This document shows positions 1-9,536 of a DNA stretch of 64,000 nucleotides, piece after piece. The stretch spans positions 640,001-704,000 of the forward strand of contig CAXXVZ010000005.1 in NCBI GenBank assembly GCA_963678065.2, read 5' to 3'. The notes under the pieces are model-generated. The model worked only from the letters and a program-made list of their open reading frames with translations. It was not told the DNA's origin and did not search any database. Every line of letters begins with the position of its first letter. The stretch's first letter is position 1. Both the position numbers and the translations under genes were made by a program. Origin of the DNA: Treponemataceae bacterium. GTDB taxonomy: Bacteria > Spirochaetota > Spirochaetia > Treponematales > Rectinemataceae.

Positions 1-593
1 GGAGAAGCCCCGTCGGCCCCGAAAAACGCCCGCGTGATGAAGAAATCAGAAAAAACGGGATGCCCGGAGGCCCCCGACGCGGTCATGGTGGCACAGTCCA
101 CCTTGCCTCCGGAGAGGTACACGGCGAGATCGCTGACACGCGCCAGCTTGTACGCGATCGCGACACTCGTCGTGACGACGACGACGTTCCGCATTTTCGC
201 GATATTCCCGGCCAGGAGCCGCGACTCGGGGCTGCCGTCAAGGAAGACAACATCGCCTTCCTTGACGAGGGACGAAGCGGCTCTGGCGATGGATCTGGCC
301 TCGAGAGGGGGAGGGTCGGCTTTGCCCGCATGGACGGACTTCGGCGCGGCGGAGTCCGGGGACTGTCCGAGTTTTTCCGGCACGAGGGATGCGCCGCCGT
401 ATTTCCTGATGACGAGTCCCTGGCGCTCGAGCCCGCCAAGATCCGCACGGACAGTAACCTTTGAGACCCCAAAAAGGATGGCGAGTTCATTGACCGAAAC
501 CGTTCCCCGTTTCTTGAGGACGAAAAGAATTTTCTGGAAGCGCTGTTCCTGGGTGAGTTCCTTTTCGGAAGCATTGCCGGTTCCGGAATCCAT
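1..593 (-). CDS. DeoR/GlpR-family transcriptional regulator (3' end beyond window edge)
   Basis: Not in the ORF track because it runs off the edge. ATG at 593 behind GAGG reads MDSGTGNASEKELTQEQRFQKILFVLKKRGTVSVNELAILFGVSKVTVRADLGGLERQGLVIRKYGGA (DeoR wHTH), then VKEGDVVFLDGS...VVTTS (DeoR-C). Confidence 0.9.
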   Translation of the reverse strand, partial: MDSGTGNASEKELTQEQRFQKILFVLKKRGTVSVNELAILFGVSKVTVRADLGGLERQGLVIRKYGGASLVPEKLGQSPDSAAPKSVHAGKADPPPLEARSIARAASSLVKEGDVVFLDGSPESRLLAGNIAKMRNVVVVTTSVAIAYKLARVSDLAVYLSGGKVDCATMTASGASGHPVFSDFFITRAFFGADGAS

Positions 594-760
594 TCACGCC
601 GCCTCGTCGTTCTTTCGTTTCCACAGCATGCTTTCGTTTATCTTGCGATTGGAAAGCATAGGAATTTTATCGCACGACTTTCCGGATCTGTAAAGGAAAA
701 AAATGCAAATCTTCCAAATTTTCTTACAGACAGGGCAGAGTGGCGGATGGCCGGAAAATT

Positions 761-793
761 GCGAACGGCCCGCCACAATGGCGGGCCGTTCGC
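761..793 (-). terminator. Perfect 15-bp stem-loop downstream of 874..1416
   Basis: GCGAACGGCCCGCCA-caa-TGGCGGGCCGTTCGC, followed on the minus strand by AATTTT. Confidence 0.65.
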
Positions 794-832
794 GCAGCGA
801 GAGAGACTGATGCCGGTTCGGACTGGAAGTTC

Positions 833-865
833 CGGATTTTCTCCGGTTTCCCCGGAGAAAATCCG
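833..865. terminator. Perfect 14-bp stem-loop immediately after the stop of 874..1416
   Basis: CGGATTTTCTCCGG-tttcc-CCGGAGAAAATCCG; no clear U-tract. Confidence 0.5.
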
Positions 866-873
866 TCCTGAAC

Positions 874-1416
874 TCACTTTCCGCCGACGGGCTTGCGCTT
901 GTTCCAGGCGTCACGGATAAGGCCGACCATGCTGCCGTGGGCATCGTTGAGGCTCATCGTCGCCCCGGTGCGGACATCGGCGAGCATCGCCTTCTCCTCG
1001 GCGGAGAGGGGGGCTACCTTCGCGGCATCCTTCGAATTAGTGCTGGCGGTGACGACGGGATTGAGGGGGCGGCCATTCACGTCGCTGAGATAGCGGGCAG
1101 CCCAGGCTTCGACTTCATCCACGGTCTTGCCGATGAAGGCTTTCTCGTAGTTGTCCATCTGATGGTACCAATCGTTCTTGGGATTCATGCCGTAGGAGTC
1201 GCCGCGGTCGCGCTTGGTCTTCCAGGATTCCACGGCGGCGGTCACGGATTCGACCGTCGTGGGCATGGTGCCTGCGACTTTCTTGGAATCATGGTCGGTA
1301 AAATTGTAGGGGGCGCTGCCCGGCCAACCGGGGAAATGGGGCATCGTCGGACCATCGTAGTTCGGGGTGGCGACTTCGAGCCCGTCGATTTCGAGGTCGA
1401 GGATCCTGCCTCCCAC
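874..1416 (-). pseudogene. N-terminally truncated extracytoplasmic FMN-binding/flavinylation-type protein
   Basis: Begins mid-domain (GRILDLEIDGLEVATPNYDG..MPHFPGWPG); contains WKTKRDRGDSYGM..WYHQMD and a C-terminal DVRTGAT ([S/T]GA[S/T]) motif. In-frame TGA at 1435-1437, so no signal peptide is possible. Confidence 0.55.
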
Positions 1417-1427
1417 ACGAGACCGAC

Positions 1428-1823
1428 TCAGTCGTCATCTTCGACATCGTCGCCCTTGTCTTTTTCCTCATTTTTTACCGTCGCATCATGACCGGAGGCT
1501 CCCGGAGTCGGTCTTCCCGAGGCGACGCTCGCCGAGGACGTGACATCGACCGGAGTGGACCCAGGGCCGGAAGGGCCTGAAACGGCAAGGCTGGCGCCTG
1601 AAGTCGCGTCGGAACCCAAGCCCGCGGCTGAACCCGAGGACATCGATTGACTCGCGCTGGCCCCGGATACCGAGTCGGCAGCGCTGGACGCCACGAGAGT
1701 GGTCGTGGCTTTCGCTGTCTTGCTCGCCGAACTCACGGCATCGGTCGCGCACGACGTTATGGCAAACAGCGAGACAAGAGCCAGACAGAGAATCCCGATT
1801 CCCGACGCGTTCTTTTTGTTCAT
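1428..1823 (-). CDS. Small Ser/Ala-rich lipoprotein with repeated DxxS(G/S)AS motifs
   Basis: ATG 1823 after AGGAGAAGAAGG; basic N-region, hydrophobic core, lipobox-like AITSC; motifs DAVSSAS, DSVSGAS, DATSGAS, DVTSSAS; acidic tail. Confidence 0.75.
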   Translation of the reverse strand: MNKKNASGIGILCLALVSLFAITSCATDAVSSASKTAKATTTLVASSAADSVSGASASQSMSSGSAAGLGSDATSGASLAVSGPSGPGSTPVDVTSSASVASGRPTPGASGHDATVKNEEKDKGDDVEDDD

Positions 1824-1935
1824 CCTTCTTCTCCTCATAATATTTGCAGTTTTCTATAAAACCAAAGTTTTATATATGGAAATAGTATCGCGTTTATCGA
1901 CGAATTCAATTTAAATAATTTTTATCTAAATTCCC

Positions 1936-1964
1936 TTGACACAGTTAGTAAATTTCGGTAAATA
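1936..1964 (+). promoter_or_regulatory. Putative sigma70 promoter of adhE
   Basis: Perfect TTGACA (1936-1941), 17 nt, weak -10 TAAATA, in an AT-rich intergenic region. Confidence 0.4.
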
Positions 1965-2000
1965 CATATCTATATTTTTTTATCTAAAGGAGTGATCATC

Positions 2001-4640
2001 ATGTTCTTCGAAAAGGACAGTGTGGCGGGAGGCTTCATACCGGCCGCAGGCCCGGACAATTCCGGGGATCTCGACGGCATTGTCGCGAAGACTCAGGCGG
2101 CGCAGGCACTGTTCGCCTCATTCGGTCAGGACAAGGTCGACGCCATATTCAAGGCCGCTGCCGCCGCCGCGAACCGCGAGAGGATCAGACTCGCAAAGAT
2201 GGCTGTCCTCGAAACGGGTATGGGAGTCGTCGAGGACAAGGTGATCAAAAATCACTTTGCCTCCGAAACAGTGTACAACAAATACCGGGACATGAAGACC
2301 TGCGGCGTAATTTCTCGCGATAGCGTGAACGGCATCATGAAGATCGCCGAGCCGGTCGGCGTCGTGGCTGGCGTCATTCCAACGACGAATCCCACCTCGA
2401 CGGCCATCTTCAAGTGCCTTCTCGCCCTGAAGACACGCAACGGCATCGTACTCTCCCCCCACCCCAGGGCCAGGATGTCCACGGTCGAAGCAGCGCGCGT
2501 CGTTCTCGCCGCCGCAGTGGCCGCCGGAGCTCCGGAAGGTATCATAGGCTGGATCGCCGACCCGAGCGTCGAAGACACGGACAGGCTCATGAAGCATCCG
2601 GGCATCGCCCTGATCCTCGCGACGGGCGGGCCGGGTATGGTCAAGGCGGCCTACAGCTCGGGCAAGCCGGCCCTCGGTGTCGGCGCGGGCAACACGCCCG
2701 CCATCATCGACGAGACCGCCGACATCGAGAGCGCAGTATCTTCCATCATTCTTTCGAAATCATTCGACAACGGCGTCATCTGCGCCTCCGAACAGTCAGT
2801 CATCGTCCACGAGGCGGTCTACGAGGCGGTGAAGGCCGAGTTCGCCCTGCGCGGCGGACACTTCGTGGCTGGCGGCGTGACCGATGGCGGGGACAGGGAG
2901 AAGCTCGGCGCCATCATCCTGAAGAACGGAAGAATCAACGCGGGCATCGTGGGACAGAGCGCGATGAAGATCGCGGCGATGGCGGGCATCAAGGCGCCGG
3001 AAGGTACAAAAGTCCTCATCGCGGAAACGACAGGAGTGGGACCGGCCGAGCCCTTCTCGTACGAGAAGCTCTCTCCCATCCTCGCCATGTACCGCACCGC
3101 GTCCTTCGAGGAGGGCTGCGAGATCGCAGGACGCCTCGTCGACTTCGCGGGGCTCGGACACACGGCGGTCCTCTACACGGCTCCGGAAAACCGGGATCGG
3201 ATCGAAGCCTATGCCTCGCGCGTCAAGACTGCCCGCGTTCTCGTCAACATGCCGAGCTCCCAGGGGGCGATCGGCGACCTCTACAACTTCCGTCTGGAGC
3301 CCTCGCTCACCCTCGGCTGCGGGAGCTGGGGAGGCAACGCAGTCAGCGAGAACGTAGGCCCGCGCCACCTCCTCAACATCAAGACTGTGGCCGACAGGAG
3401 GGACAACATGCTCTGGTTCCGTACGCCGCCGAAGGTCTACTTCAAGCCGGGAGTCCTCGATCCGGCCCTGCGCGAATGGGCGGGCAAGAAGCGTGTCGCC
3501 GTCGTCACCGACCGCTCCCTTTTCGAGCTCGGACTGGCGCGCCGCGTCACGGATGTGCTGGATTCGATGGGCATCGCCTGGGACATCATAAAGGAAGTCG
3601 ACCCCGACCCCACGCTCGACGACGCCCGCTCGGGAGCCGCGCGAATGCTCGCCTTCAGGCCCGACCTCATCGTCGCCGTCGGCGGAGGCTCGGCCATGGA
3701 CGCGGCCAAGATCATGTGGGTGCTCTACGAGTACCCCGGGACCGACTTTGCCGACCTGTCCATGCGCTTCATGGACATACGCAAGCGCGTCTGCCCCTTC
3801 CCCCCTCTCCGGAAGAAGGCGAACCTCGTCTGCGTGCCGACGACATCGGGCACGGGCTCGGAGGTGACACCCTTCGCCGTGATAACCGACGCGGCCACCG
3901 GCACCAAGTATCCCCTCGCCGACTACGAGCTCACGCCCGACATGGCCATCGTCGACTCCGACCTCGCGGTCGGGCAGCCCGCGGGACTCACGGCGGCCTC
4001 GGGCTACGACGTCCTGACCCACGCGGTGGAAGCCCTCGCCTCGACCTGCGCGAGCGAGTACTCCGACGCGATGGCCACGGAGGCTGCACGCCTCGTATTC
4101 GAATACCTGCCACGAGCGGTGCAAAACGGGCGCGACCTCGAGGCGAGAGAGAAGATGCACAACGCCGCGGCCATGGCCGGGATGGCCTTCGCGAACGCAT
4201 TTCTCGGACTCTGCCACTCGATGGCGCACAAACTCGGCTCGGCGCATCACATTCCGCACGGCGTCGCGAACGCCCTCCTTCTGGACCGGATCGTGCGCTA
4301 CAACGCGACGGAGAACCCGACCCGCCAGGCCGCCTTCTCCCAGTACGACCACCCGATGGCTATCGCGCGCTACGCGAGGCTCGCGGAGAGCCTGGGCATC
4401 GGTGGAAGCGACCCGGCCTCCAAGGTCGAGAGACTCATCGGGCGCTTCTGCGAACTCAGAACCGAGGTCGGCATCCCCTCGTCGATACGCGAGTGGGGCG
4501 TCGACGAGAGTGCCTTCCTCGCAGGGCTCGACGAGTTGTCGGAGAAGGCATTCGACGACCAGTGCACGGGCGCCAATCCCCGCTACCCGCTCATCGCGGA
4601 GATCAGGGAGCTCTACCTCGACGCGTACTACGGCCGTTGA
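2001..4640 (+). CDS. adhE: Bifunctional acetaldehyde-CoA/alcohol dehydrogenase
   Basis: ALDH part (PTTNPTST, ATGGPGMVKAAYSSGKP, DNGVICASEQ), linker GCGSWGGN, Fe-ADH part (GGGSAMDAAK, TTSGTGSEVT, HSMAH..HG); AAGGAG 8 nt before ATG 2001. Confidence 0.97.
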   Translation: MFFEKDSVAGGFIPAAGPDNSGDLDGIVAKTQAAQALFASFGQDKVDAIFKAAAAAANRERIRLAKMAVLETGMGVVEDKVIKNHFASETVYNKYRDMKTCGVISRDSVNGIMKIAEPVGVVAGVIPTTNPTSTAIFKCLLALKTRNGIVLSPHPRARMSTVEAARVVLAAAVAAGAPEGIIGWIADPSVEDTDRLMKHPGIALILATGGPGMVKAAYSSGKPALGVGAGNTPAIIDETADIESAVSSIILSKSFDNGVICASEQSVIVHEAVYEAVKAEFALRGGHFVAGGVTDGGDREKLGAIILKNGRINAGIVGQSAMKIAAMAGIKAPEGTKVLIAETTGVGPAEPFSYEKLSPILAMYRTASFEEGCEIAGRLVDFAGLGHTAVLYTAPENRDRIEAYASRVKTARVLVNMPSSQGAIGDLYNFRLEPSLTLGCGSWGGNAVSENVGPRHLLNIKTVADRRDNMLWFRTPPKVYFKPGVLDPALREWAGKKRVAVVTDRSLFELGLARRVTDVLDSMGIAWDIIKEVDPDPTLDDARSGAARMLAFRPDLIVAVGGGSAMDAAKIMWVLYEYPGTDFADLSMRFMDIRKRVCPFPPLRKKANLVCVPTTSGTGSEVTPFAVITDAATGTKYPLADYELTPDMAIVDSDLAVGQPAGLTAASGYDVLTHAVEALASTCASEYSDAMATEAARLVFEYLPRAVQNGRDLEAREKMHNAAAMAGMAFANAFLGLCHSMAHKLGSAHHIPHGVANALLLDRIVRYNATENPTRQAAFSQYDHPMAIARYARLAESLGIGGSDPASKVERLIGRFCELRTEVGIPSSIREWGVDESAFLAGLDELSEKAFDDQCTGANPRYPLIAEIRELYLDAYYGR

Positions 4641-4674
4641 CCGCAGGCTTCTGCGAGGCGTATATCTGTGAGGG

Positions 4675-5628
4675 ATGACTGTACTTCTGTCGATCCTCTC
4701 GGCCGCTCTGTTCGGGGCGGCCGATTTTTTGTGCGGGCTCTCCGCGCGCGGCTTTTCCACGCTCAGGGTGCTTCTGTACTCGCAGATAGTCGGGGGAGTC
4801 CTGGCGATCGCGCTCGCTCCGGTCCTGGGGCCGGGGCTGCCAGCCCTGGCCGATCTCGGCTGGGGAGCTCTCGCGGGACTCGCAGGTCTTTCGGGACTGG
4901 CGTTTCTCTACACAGGGCTCGCGAAAGGAAGGGTCGCCATCGTTTCGCCGCTGTCGGCCCTGGTTTCGGCCCTCATTCCGGCCTTGTACGGCGCGCTGAC
5001 CGGCGAGAGACCAGGCATTTTCGCCCTGGTCGGCGCGGCCCTCTGCATTCCGGCGATCTTGCTTCTCGCATGGGAGAGCGAGGGTGCCGACCGGCCGGTC
5101 AGGCGCTCGGCGGATGATTCGACCGACCAAGCGCCCAGGGACACGAAAACAGGACCGGCGAGCGCGCGCACGAGACTTTCGCTCGCGCTAGGGACGACCG
5201 CGGGCGCTTTCCTCGGGTGCTTCTACATTTTCATATCGAAGTGCGCAAAGGACTCGGGGCTCTGGCCGCTCGCGGGGGCGAGGATGGCGTCGCTCTTTGT
5301 CCTGGCCTGGATTTTCGCGCTGAGGCGCCCCGCGGGGCCGGGGAAAAGACCGAAGCCCGACGACGGGATTCCGAAAACCGGACCTGGCAGGAGGGCGGCG
5401 AGGGTCGCGGCCCTCGCCGGCGGATTTCTGGACATCTCTGCCAATTTCGCCTTCCTGTACGCCTCCCGCACGGGGCTCCTCATGATCGTGTCGGTGGTGA
5501 CCTCGCTGTATCCGGCGCCCACCGTCATCCTCGCGCGGGTTTTCCTCAAGGAAAAACTGCCGCCCCGCAGGATGGCGGGACTCGCGCTGGCGCTCGCGGG
5601 CATCGTCCTCGTCGGCTTGAAGGCATAA
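4675..5628 (+). CDS. DMT/EamA-family transporter
   Basis: About 10 hydrophobic helices in two repeats; FGAADF.CG, IVSPLSA and LYPAPTVILAR..LKEKL motifs. Confidence 0.88.
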   Translation: MTVLLSILSAALFGAADFLCGLSARGFSTLRVLLYSQIVGGVLAIALAPVLGPGLPALADLGWGALAGLAGLSGLAFLYTGLAKGRVAIVSPLSALVSALIPALYGALTGERPGIFALVGAALCIPAILLLAWESEGADRPVRRSADDSTDQAPRDTKTGPASARTRLSLALGTTAGAFLGCFYIFISKCAKDSGLWPLAGARMASLFVLAWIFALRRPAGPGKRPKPDDGIPKTGPGRRAARVAALAGGFLDISANFAFLYASRTGLLMIVSVVTSLYPAPTVILARVFLKEKLPPRRMAGLALALAGIVLVGLKA

Positions 5629-5731
5629 AGTGACAACACCGGCCGGAGCACCGACAAGGAAGGCCGGGCAGGCCGCCGGAAGCGATGAACGACCTCGCGG
5701 CGGGCCGCGGGGCATTCGACCCGCGTTCGAA

Positions 5732-6073
5732 TCAGGTCTTGGAGACTGGTTCGGGAACCGGCGCTCCATCAGCCGGAGCGCCCGGGGCAGCCGGAATGGC
5801 CAGGACTTTCGTCCGCAGGTCGGCAAGCTCCGTTTCCGCGGCGGCGAGCTGCTTCTCGAGCTCTTTCATCCGCTTCTTTCCCTTTCGCCTCGACATGAGG
5901 TCGAGGGTGTAGCCCGCCGCCGCGCCCAGAAAGAGCGGGAAGACGATGATGATCGCGAGGGAAACCTGCACGCTTCCAAACAGGAGATTGACGACGACCG
6001 GCGACGCGTTCAGCACTGCGAACAGCACAAACACGAGGGCTGTGAACAGCCAGATTATCAAAGTTTTCTGCAT
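5732..6073 (-). CDS. LapA (DUF1049)-family membrane protein
   Basis: Two TM helices with FAVLNASPVVVNLLF..VSLAIII followed by a coiled coil. Confidence 0.8.
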   Translation of the reverse strand: MQKTLIIWLFTALVFVLFAVLNASPVVVNLLFGSVQVSLAIIIVFPLFLGAAAGYTLDLMSRRKGKKRMKELEKQLAAAETELADLRTKVLAIPAAPGAPADGAPVPEPVSKT

Positions 6074-6178
6074 CGATTCCCGAAGCTCCTTTTTGCTCTA
6101 TGAGAATGGATCATCATAGCACAAAGCTTCAATCAACTACTTCGCAGCAGGCGGCGGGCTATGAAAACCATTTCCGGA

Positions 6179-7393
6179 TCAGAGGTACTTCTCGAGGCCG
6201 TCCGCCATGAGCTGGTCGAATTTGGGCACGCCCTCCATCATGATGGGCTTATCCGGGCTGTTGGCGTTGTTCGCGTCGAAGACCGCCATGATCGTCGAAG
6301 TGTGGCGCCCCACGCGCGCCTTGAGCGGCCAGCCGTTCTCGTCGTAGGGAACGAAGAGCCGGCCGAGCTTGACCGCCTTCAGGTACTTGTCATCCTTCCC
6401 CTCGATGACGAGCTTCTCGTCTGTCTTGCCGCGAAGCCGGCCCTGGCTCGGGTTCGGCGCCTCGAAGAGCAGCGCGAGCGTGTCGGTCGCGTCGCCGAGC
6501 TCGCGGTGGGTGAGGCCGCGCAGATTGACCGGCGAGGGCTCGAGGCCGATCTTGATGTTCTCGAACTCGAGGTTGAGGACGGCCTCGGAGGCCAGCGGCA
6601 TCGCGCGCTCGTGGGCGACGATGGCGTTGATGACGGGGTACTCGGGCGATGCCTCGTGGAGGTCCATCGTGATGCCGATCTTCTCTTTTTTGATGAGCTC
6701 GGTGATCGCGTAGGCGACCTTCTCGGTGAAGGTGCCGTCGGGCCTGCCGGGGTAGGCCCGGTTCAGGTTGCGCGTCTCGGAGCCCGACAGCCGCTGCCCC
6801 GAGGAGGCGTGGATGTAGATGTCCGGGTCCGGCCACTGGTCCGCGGGGCTTGTCGCCCTGGAGCCGTAGCGGAAGTGCCTGATCCCCGAGGCCGCGTTGA
6901 AGGTGAACGATCGCGGAGAACCTTCCATATAATCCGTGTGCGTGAGCCCCGAGGCGTTGGCGTAGGGGATGACAAAGAGCTTGCCCGCCGTGAGTTTCGC
7001 GTTCTCCACGAGGACGACGGCCGTCATGTAGCCGGCCGGCTCGTTTCCGTGCGTACCGCCGAGCACGAGGGCGCTCCCGCCGGGAACTCCCGAATCCAGA
7101 ATGTAGACCTCCGTGTCACCCCGAGTCCCCGCGATGCCGGGAAAGTAGTCGGAGAGCTTTTTGACCTCCGTGACGCCGGGGCCTTTTCGCACCGTGTCGG
7201 GGATCTCCTGCCTGAGGTAGCCGGGCACGACGATGGCGAAGACCACCGCGACCACGGCCAGGATGACGATCGACTGGATGAGACTCGTCTTTTTCTGCGC
7301 GGGCGTCAGGGCCGCGGATGTCGGCGCGGCGGAAGCAGGATTCTCGGGAGCACAGCCCGTCGCAGGGACTGGTTTCTTTTTCATGCCGGCCAC
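6179..7393 (-). CDS. Succinylglutamate desuccinylase/aspartoacylase (M14-like) deacylase, membrane-anchored
   Basis: GGTHGNEPAG zinc motif, NLNRAYPG, DLHE; N-terminal TM helix. Confidence 0.88.
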   Translation of the reverse strand: MAGMKKKPVPATGCAPENPASAAPTSAALTPAQKKTSLIQSIVILAVVAVVFAIVVPGYLRQEIPDTVRKGPGVTEVKKLSDYFPGIAGTRGDTEVYILDSGVPGGSALVLGGTHGNEPAGYMTAVVLVENAKLTAGKLFVIPYANASGLTHTDYMEGSPRSFTFNAASGIRHFRYGSRATSPADQWPDPDIYIHASSGQRLSGSETRNLNRAYPGRPDGTFTEKVAYAITELIKKEKIGITMDLHEASPEYPVINAIVAHERAMPLASEAVLNLEFENIKIGLEPSPVNLRGLTHRELGDATDTLALLFEAPNPSQGRLRGKTDEKLVIEGKDDKYLKAVKLGRLFVPYDENGWPLKARVGRHTSTIMAVFDANNANSPDKPIMMEGVPKFDQLMADGLEKYL

Positions 7394-7395
7394 CC

Positions 7396-7548
7396 TTACG
7401 CGATCATGAGCGCGCGCAGGACCAGAGGGATGAGAACCAGTCCCGCGTTGATCTTGAGCTTGAGGTTTTTCTGATGGAACAGCTCAACCGTCACGAGGAC
7501 GGCGGCCAGAGCGATCAGAAGTCTGTATATGATGGTGATCATGGTCAT
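7396..7548 (-). CDS. 50-aa two-helix membrane microprotein
   Basis: ATGA overlap with the TRAP permease stop (7545-7548); MTMITIIYRLLIALAAVLVTVELFHQKNLKLKINAGLVLIPLVLRALMIA; ends 2 nt before the deacylase start. Confidence 0.75.
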   Translation of the reverse strand: MTMITIIYRLLIALAAVLVTVELFHQKNLKLKINAGLVLIPLVLRALMIA

Positions 7549-8834
7549 ACTCCCAGGAATTTGGCGATCTGGTTGGGGAAGGCCAGCATGAGGACGCCGA
7601 CGGCGACAGCGAAGAGCGCGGGCACAAGACAGCGCTTCACGATCTCGAAGTAGTTCTTCTCTCCGATAAGCTGGGCCGTGACGACGGGCGTCAGGGCGAC
7701 AGGCGGCATGTAGCTTCCCATGGCCCCGATGAGCGAGAGCGCGGACAGGACGATGATCTGGTTGCCGCCGAGCAGGGCCAGGGCGAAGGGAACGCCGAGG
7801 ACGCTCGCGCCGCCGTAGACGGAAATCCCGCCGAAGAGCGGCATGATGACGGCGATGCCGAGAAGGATGAGGGCCTTGGGCAGGGAAAGGGCTCCGACCA
7901 CGATCGCTCCGCGGAGTCCGGTCAGGGTGAGTATCTCGATGAGCATTCCCACGCCGAAGAGAATGCCGATGACGGGCAGGATCTCGCTCACGGCATCCCG
8001 CGAGGCCTTCACGATATCGATCCTTTTGCCGGTCACGAGGCCGACGAGGGCGCCGATGAAGAAGGTGAGCGGGAGCCTCGGATCGGGGAACCACTTCGGG
8101 AAGGCCTTCGGCCCGATCATGAGCACGAACACGACGATGAGGGGCAGGTAGGAAATCCATCCGCCCTTCCAGCCTTCCGGAGGCCGGATCCTGCGGTTCG
8201 TGCTCACGACCACAGCCAGTTTGGACTTGTCGACCCACTTGGTCGCGAGGAAGAGCGTCGTCGCTATGGCGAGGGGGAATGTGATCAGGATGAGAATGAG
8301 GTCGAAGCCGATGTAGGGTAGATCGATGCCGCCGCCCATGATCATGACGAGGACGTTGACAGGCGGGGCTATCATGCCGTACACGGCCGAGCTCGAGATG
8401 ACGGCGCCGGCCACGGCGAGGGGCAGGCCCATCTGCATGAGGACGGGGGCGACCAGGGCGCCCGTTCCGAGCACCGATGCCGTGCAGGAACCCGTGATCA
8501 TGCCGGGGAACATGATGATGACGGTCAGGGCGACGAGGAGGAGGATGGGCGAGCCGCCCAGGGAGACGATGATACGGCGGGTCAGCTCGCCGAGGAGGCC
8601 GTTTGCCTCGATCACTTTCATGAAAATCATGGCCATGACGAGGACGAGGCCGACGTCGATGTAGCCGAACATGCCTTCGACGAGCTTGTCCACTGGCAAA
8701 CCATTGCCCGCGACCAGGGCGAGGAATATCGACGCGGCGGCGAGGCTCAGGGAGACGGGCATCTTGAGCCACACCACCAAGGCGACGAAGATGGCCACGA
8801 CGGCCGCGAGAAGCATTGCATCTATCGGAGTCAC
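7545..8834 (-). CDS. TRAP transporter large permease (DctM-like)
   Basis: About 12 TM helices, GMITGS and GMIAPPVN and YMPPV motifs; GTG 8834 behind GGAGG. Confidence 0.85.
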   Translation of the reverse strand: MTPIDAMLLAAVVAIFVALVVWLKMPVSLSLAAASIFLALVAGNGLPVDKLVEGMFGYIDVGLVLVMAMIFMKVIEANGLLGELTRRIIVSLGGSPILLLVALTVIIMFPGMITGSCTASVLGTGALVAPVLMQMGLPLAVAGAVISSSAVYGMIAPPVNVLVMIMGGGIDLPYIGFDLILILITFPLAIATTLFLATKWVDKSKLAVVVSTNRRIRPPEGWKGGWISYLPLIVVFVLMIGPKAFPKWFPDPRLPLTFFIGALVGLVTGKRIDIVKASRDAVSEILPVIGILFGVGMLIEILTLTGLRGAIVVGALSLPKALILLGIAVIMPLFGGISVYGGASVLGVPFALALLGGNQIIVLSALSLIGAMGSYMPPVALTPVVTAQLIGEKNYFEIVKRCLVPALFAVAVGVLMLAFPNQIAKFLGV

Positions 8835-8847
8835 GTCCGGCCTCCGC

Positions 8848-9426
8848 TCATTTAAGGAAGGCTGCGGCCAGGGGTGCGGCCCCGCCGGAAATCTTCTCGA
8901 CCTTGTCGAGGGGTATCTTCCCGCCGCAGAGTTTGTCGAAGAGTCCGTCCTTGTTGCCTTCCGAGACGACGATGACATAGTCGCAGGAGGCCACGGAGGC
9001 CACGATGAACTTGTCGGAGAGCTCGCCGCGGCGGGCCTCGCCGCCCACATGGAGCCCGATGATCTTCATGCCGAGCTTCTTCGCCTCGGCGATTACGGCC
9101 TTGGCCCTGTCGATTTCGGCTTCCGCCGAAATTCCCGCCGCGCCGAGGCCCTTGGAGGACCCACCGATGGCGAGGACGAGGGTCTTGACCCCGGAGGCTT
9201 TGAGCTTGTCGGCCTTGATCTGACCGTCGAGGGTGAACTGAAGTTTGGCGCGGGTCATGAGGACCTTGACCATCTCGACATCGGCGCTCTGTCCGACGGA
9301 GGTGAGGAGGGCGGGCTGGGCCGCGATAGGCGCCTTCAGCGCGGAGGCCGCGGTCTGAGCGAAAGAAGGGACTGCGATGGCAAGGAGTGCAAGGCATGCG
9401 ATGGAGAGGGAAAAGATGCGTTTCAT
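8848..9426 (-). CDS. Exported protein, DUF6305-like
   Basis: Sec signal (…PSFAQ); LTSVGQSAD, IGGSSKGLGAAG and HVGGEARRG motifs recalled from this family. Confidence 0.7.
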   Translation of the reverse strand: MKRIFSLSIACLALLAIAVPSFAQTAASALKAPIAAQPALLTSVGQSADVEMVKVLMTRAKLQFTLDGQIKADKLKASGVKTLVLAIGGSSKGLGAAGISAEAEIDRAKAVIAEAKKLGMKIIGLHVGGEARRGELSDKFIVASVASCDYVIVVSEGNKDGLFDKLCGGKIPLDKVEKISGGAAPLAAAFLK

Positions 9427-9480
9427 GTTCTGTTTCCTGGGGCCGCCGGAACGGCCGGTAATGAATTGATCGAGGGACCT

Positions 9481-9518
9481 GAAGCGACCGGCAGCACACC
9501 TGCGCTGCCGGCCGCTTC
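9481..9518. terminator. Intra-operon stem-loop after ggt copy 1
   Basis: GAAGCGaCCGGCAGC…GCTGCCGGcCGCTTC inverted repeat between ggt and the DUF6305-like gene. Confidence 0.45.
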
Positions 9519-9536
9519 GTCATTGGCAGAAAAAAA

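Noticed and set aside
1416..1430. Stop readthrough or selenocysteine joining the lipoprotein to the FMN-type ORF
   Set aside because: The two ORFs are in different frames and no slippery site is evident.
2414..4760. Long overlapping ORFs (2414..4678, 2796..4760; likewise 9618..11324, 11380..13281, 59289..62198)
   Set aside because: Shadow and antisense frames of high-GC genes, with no recognisable motifs.
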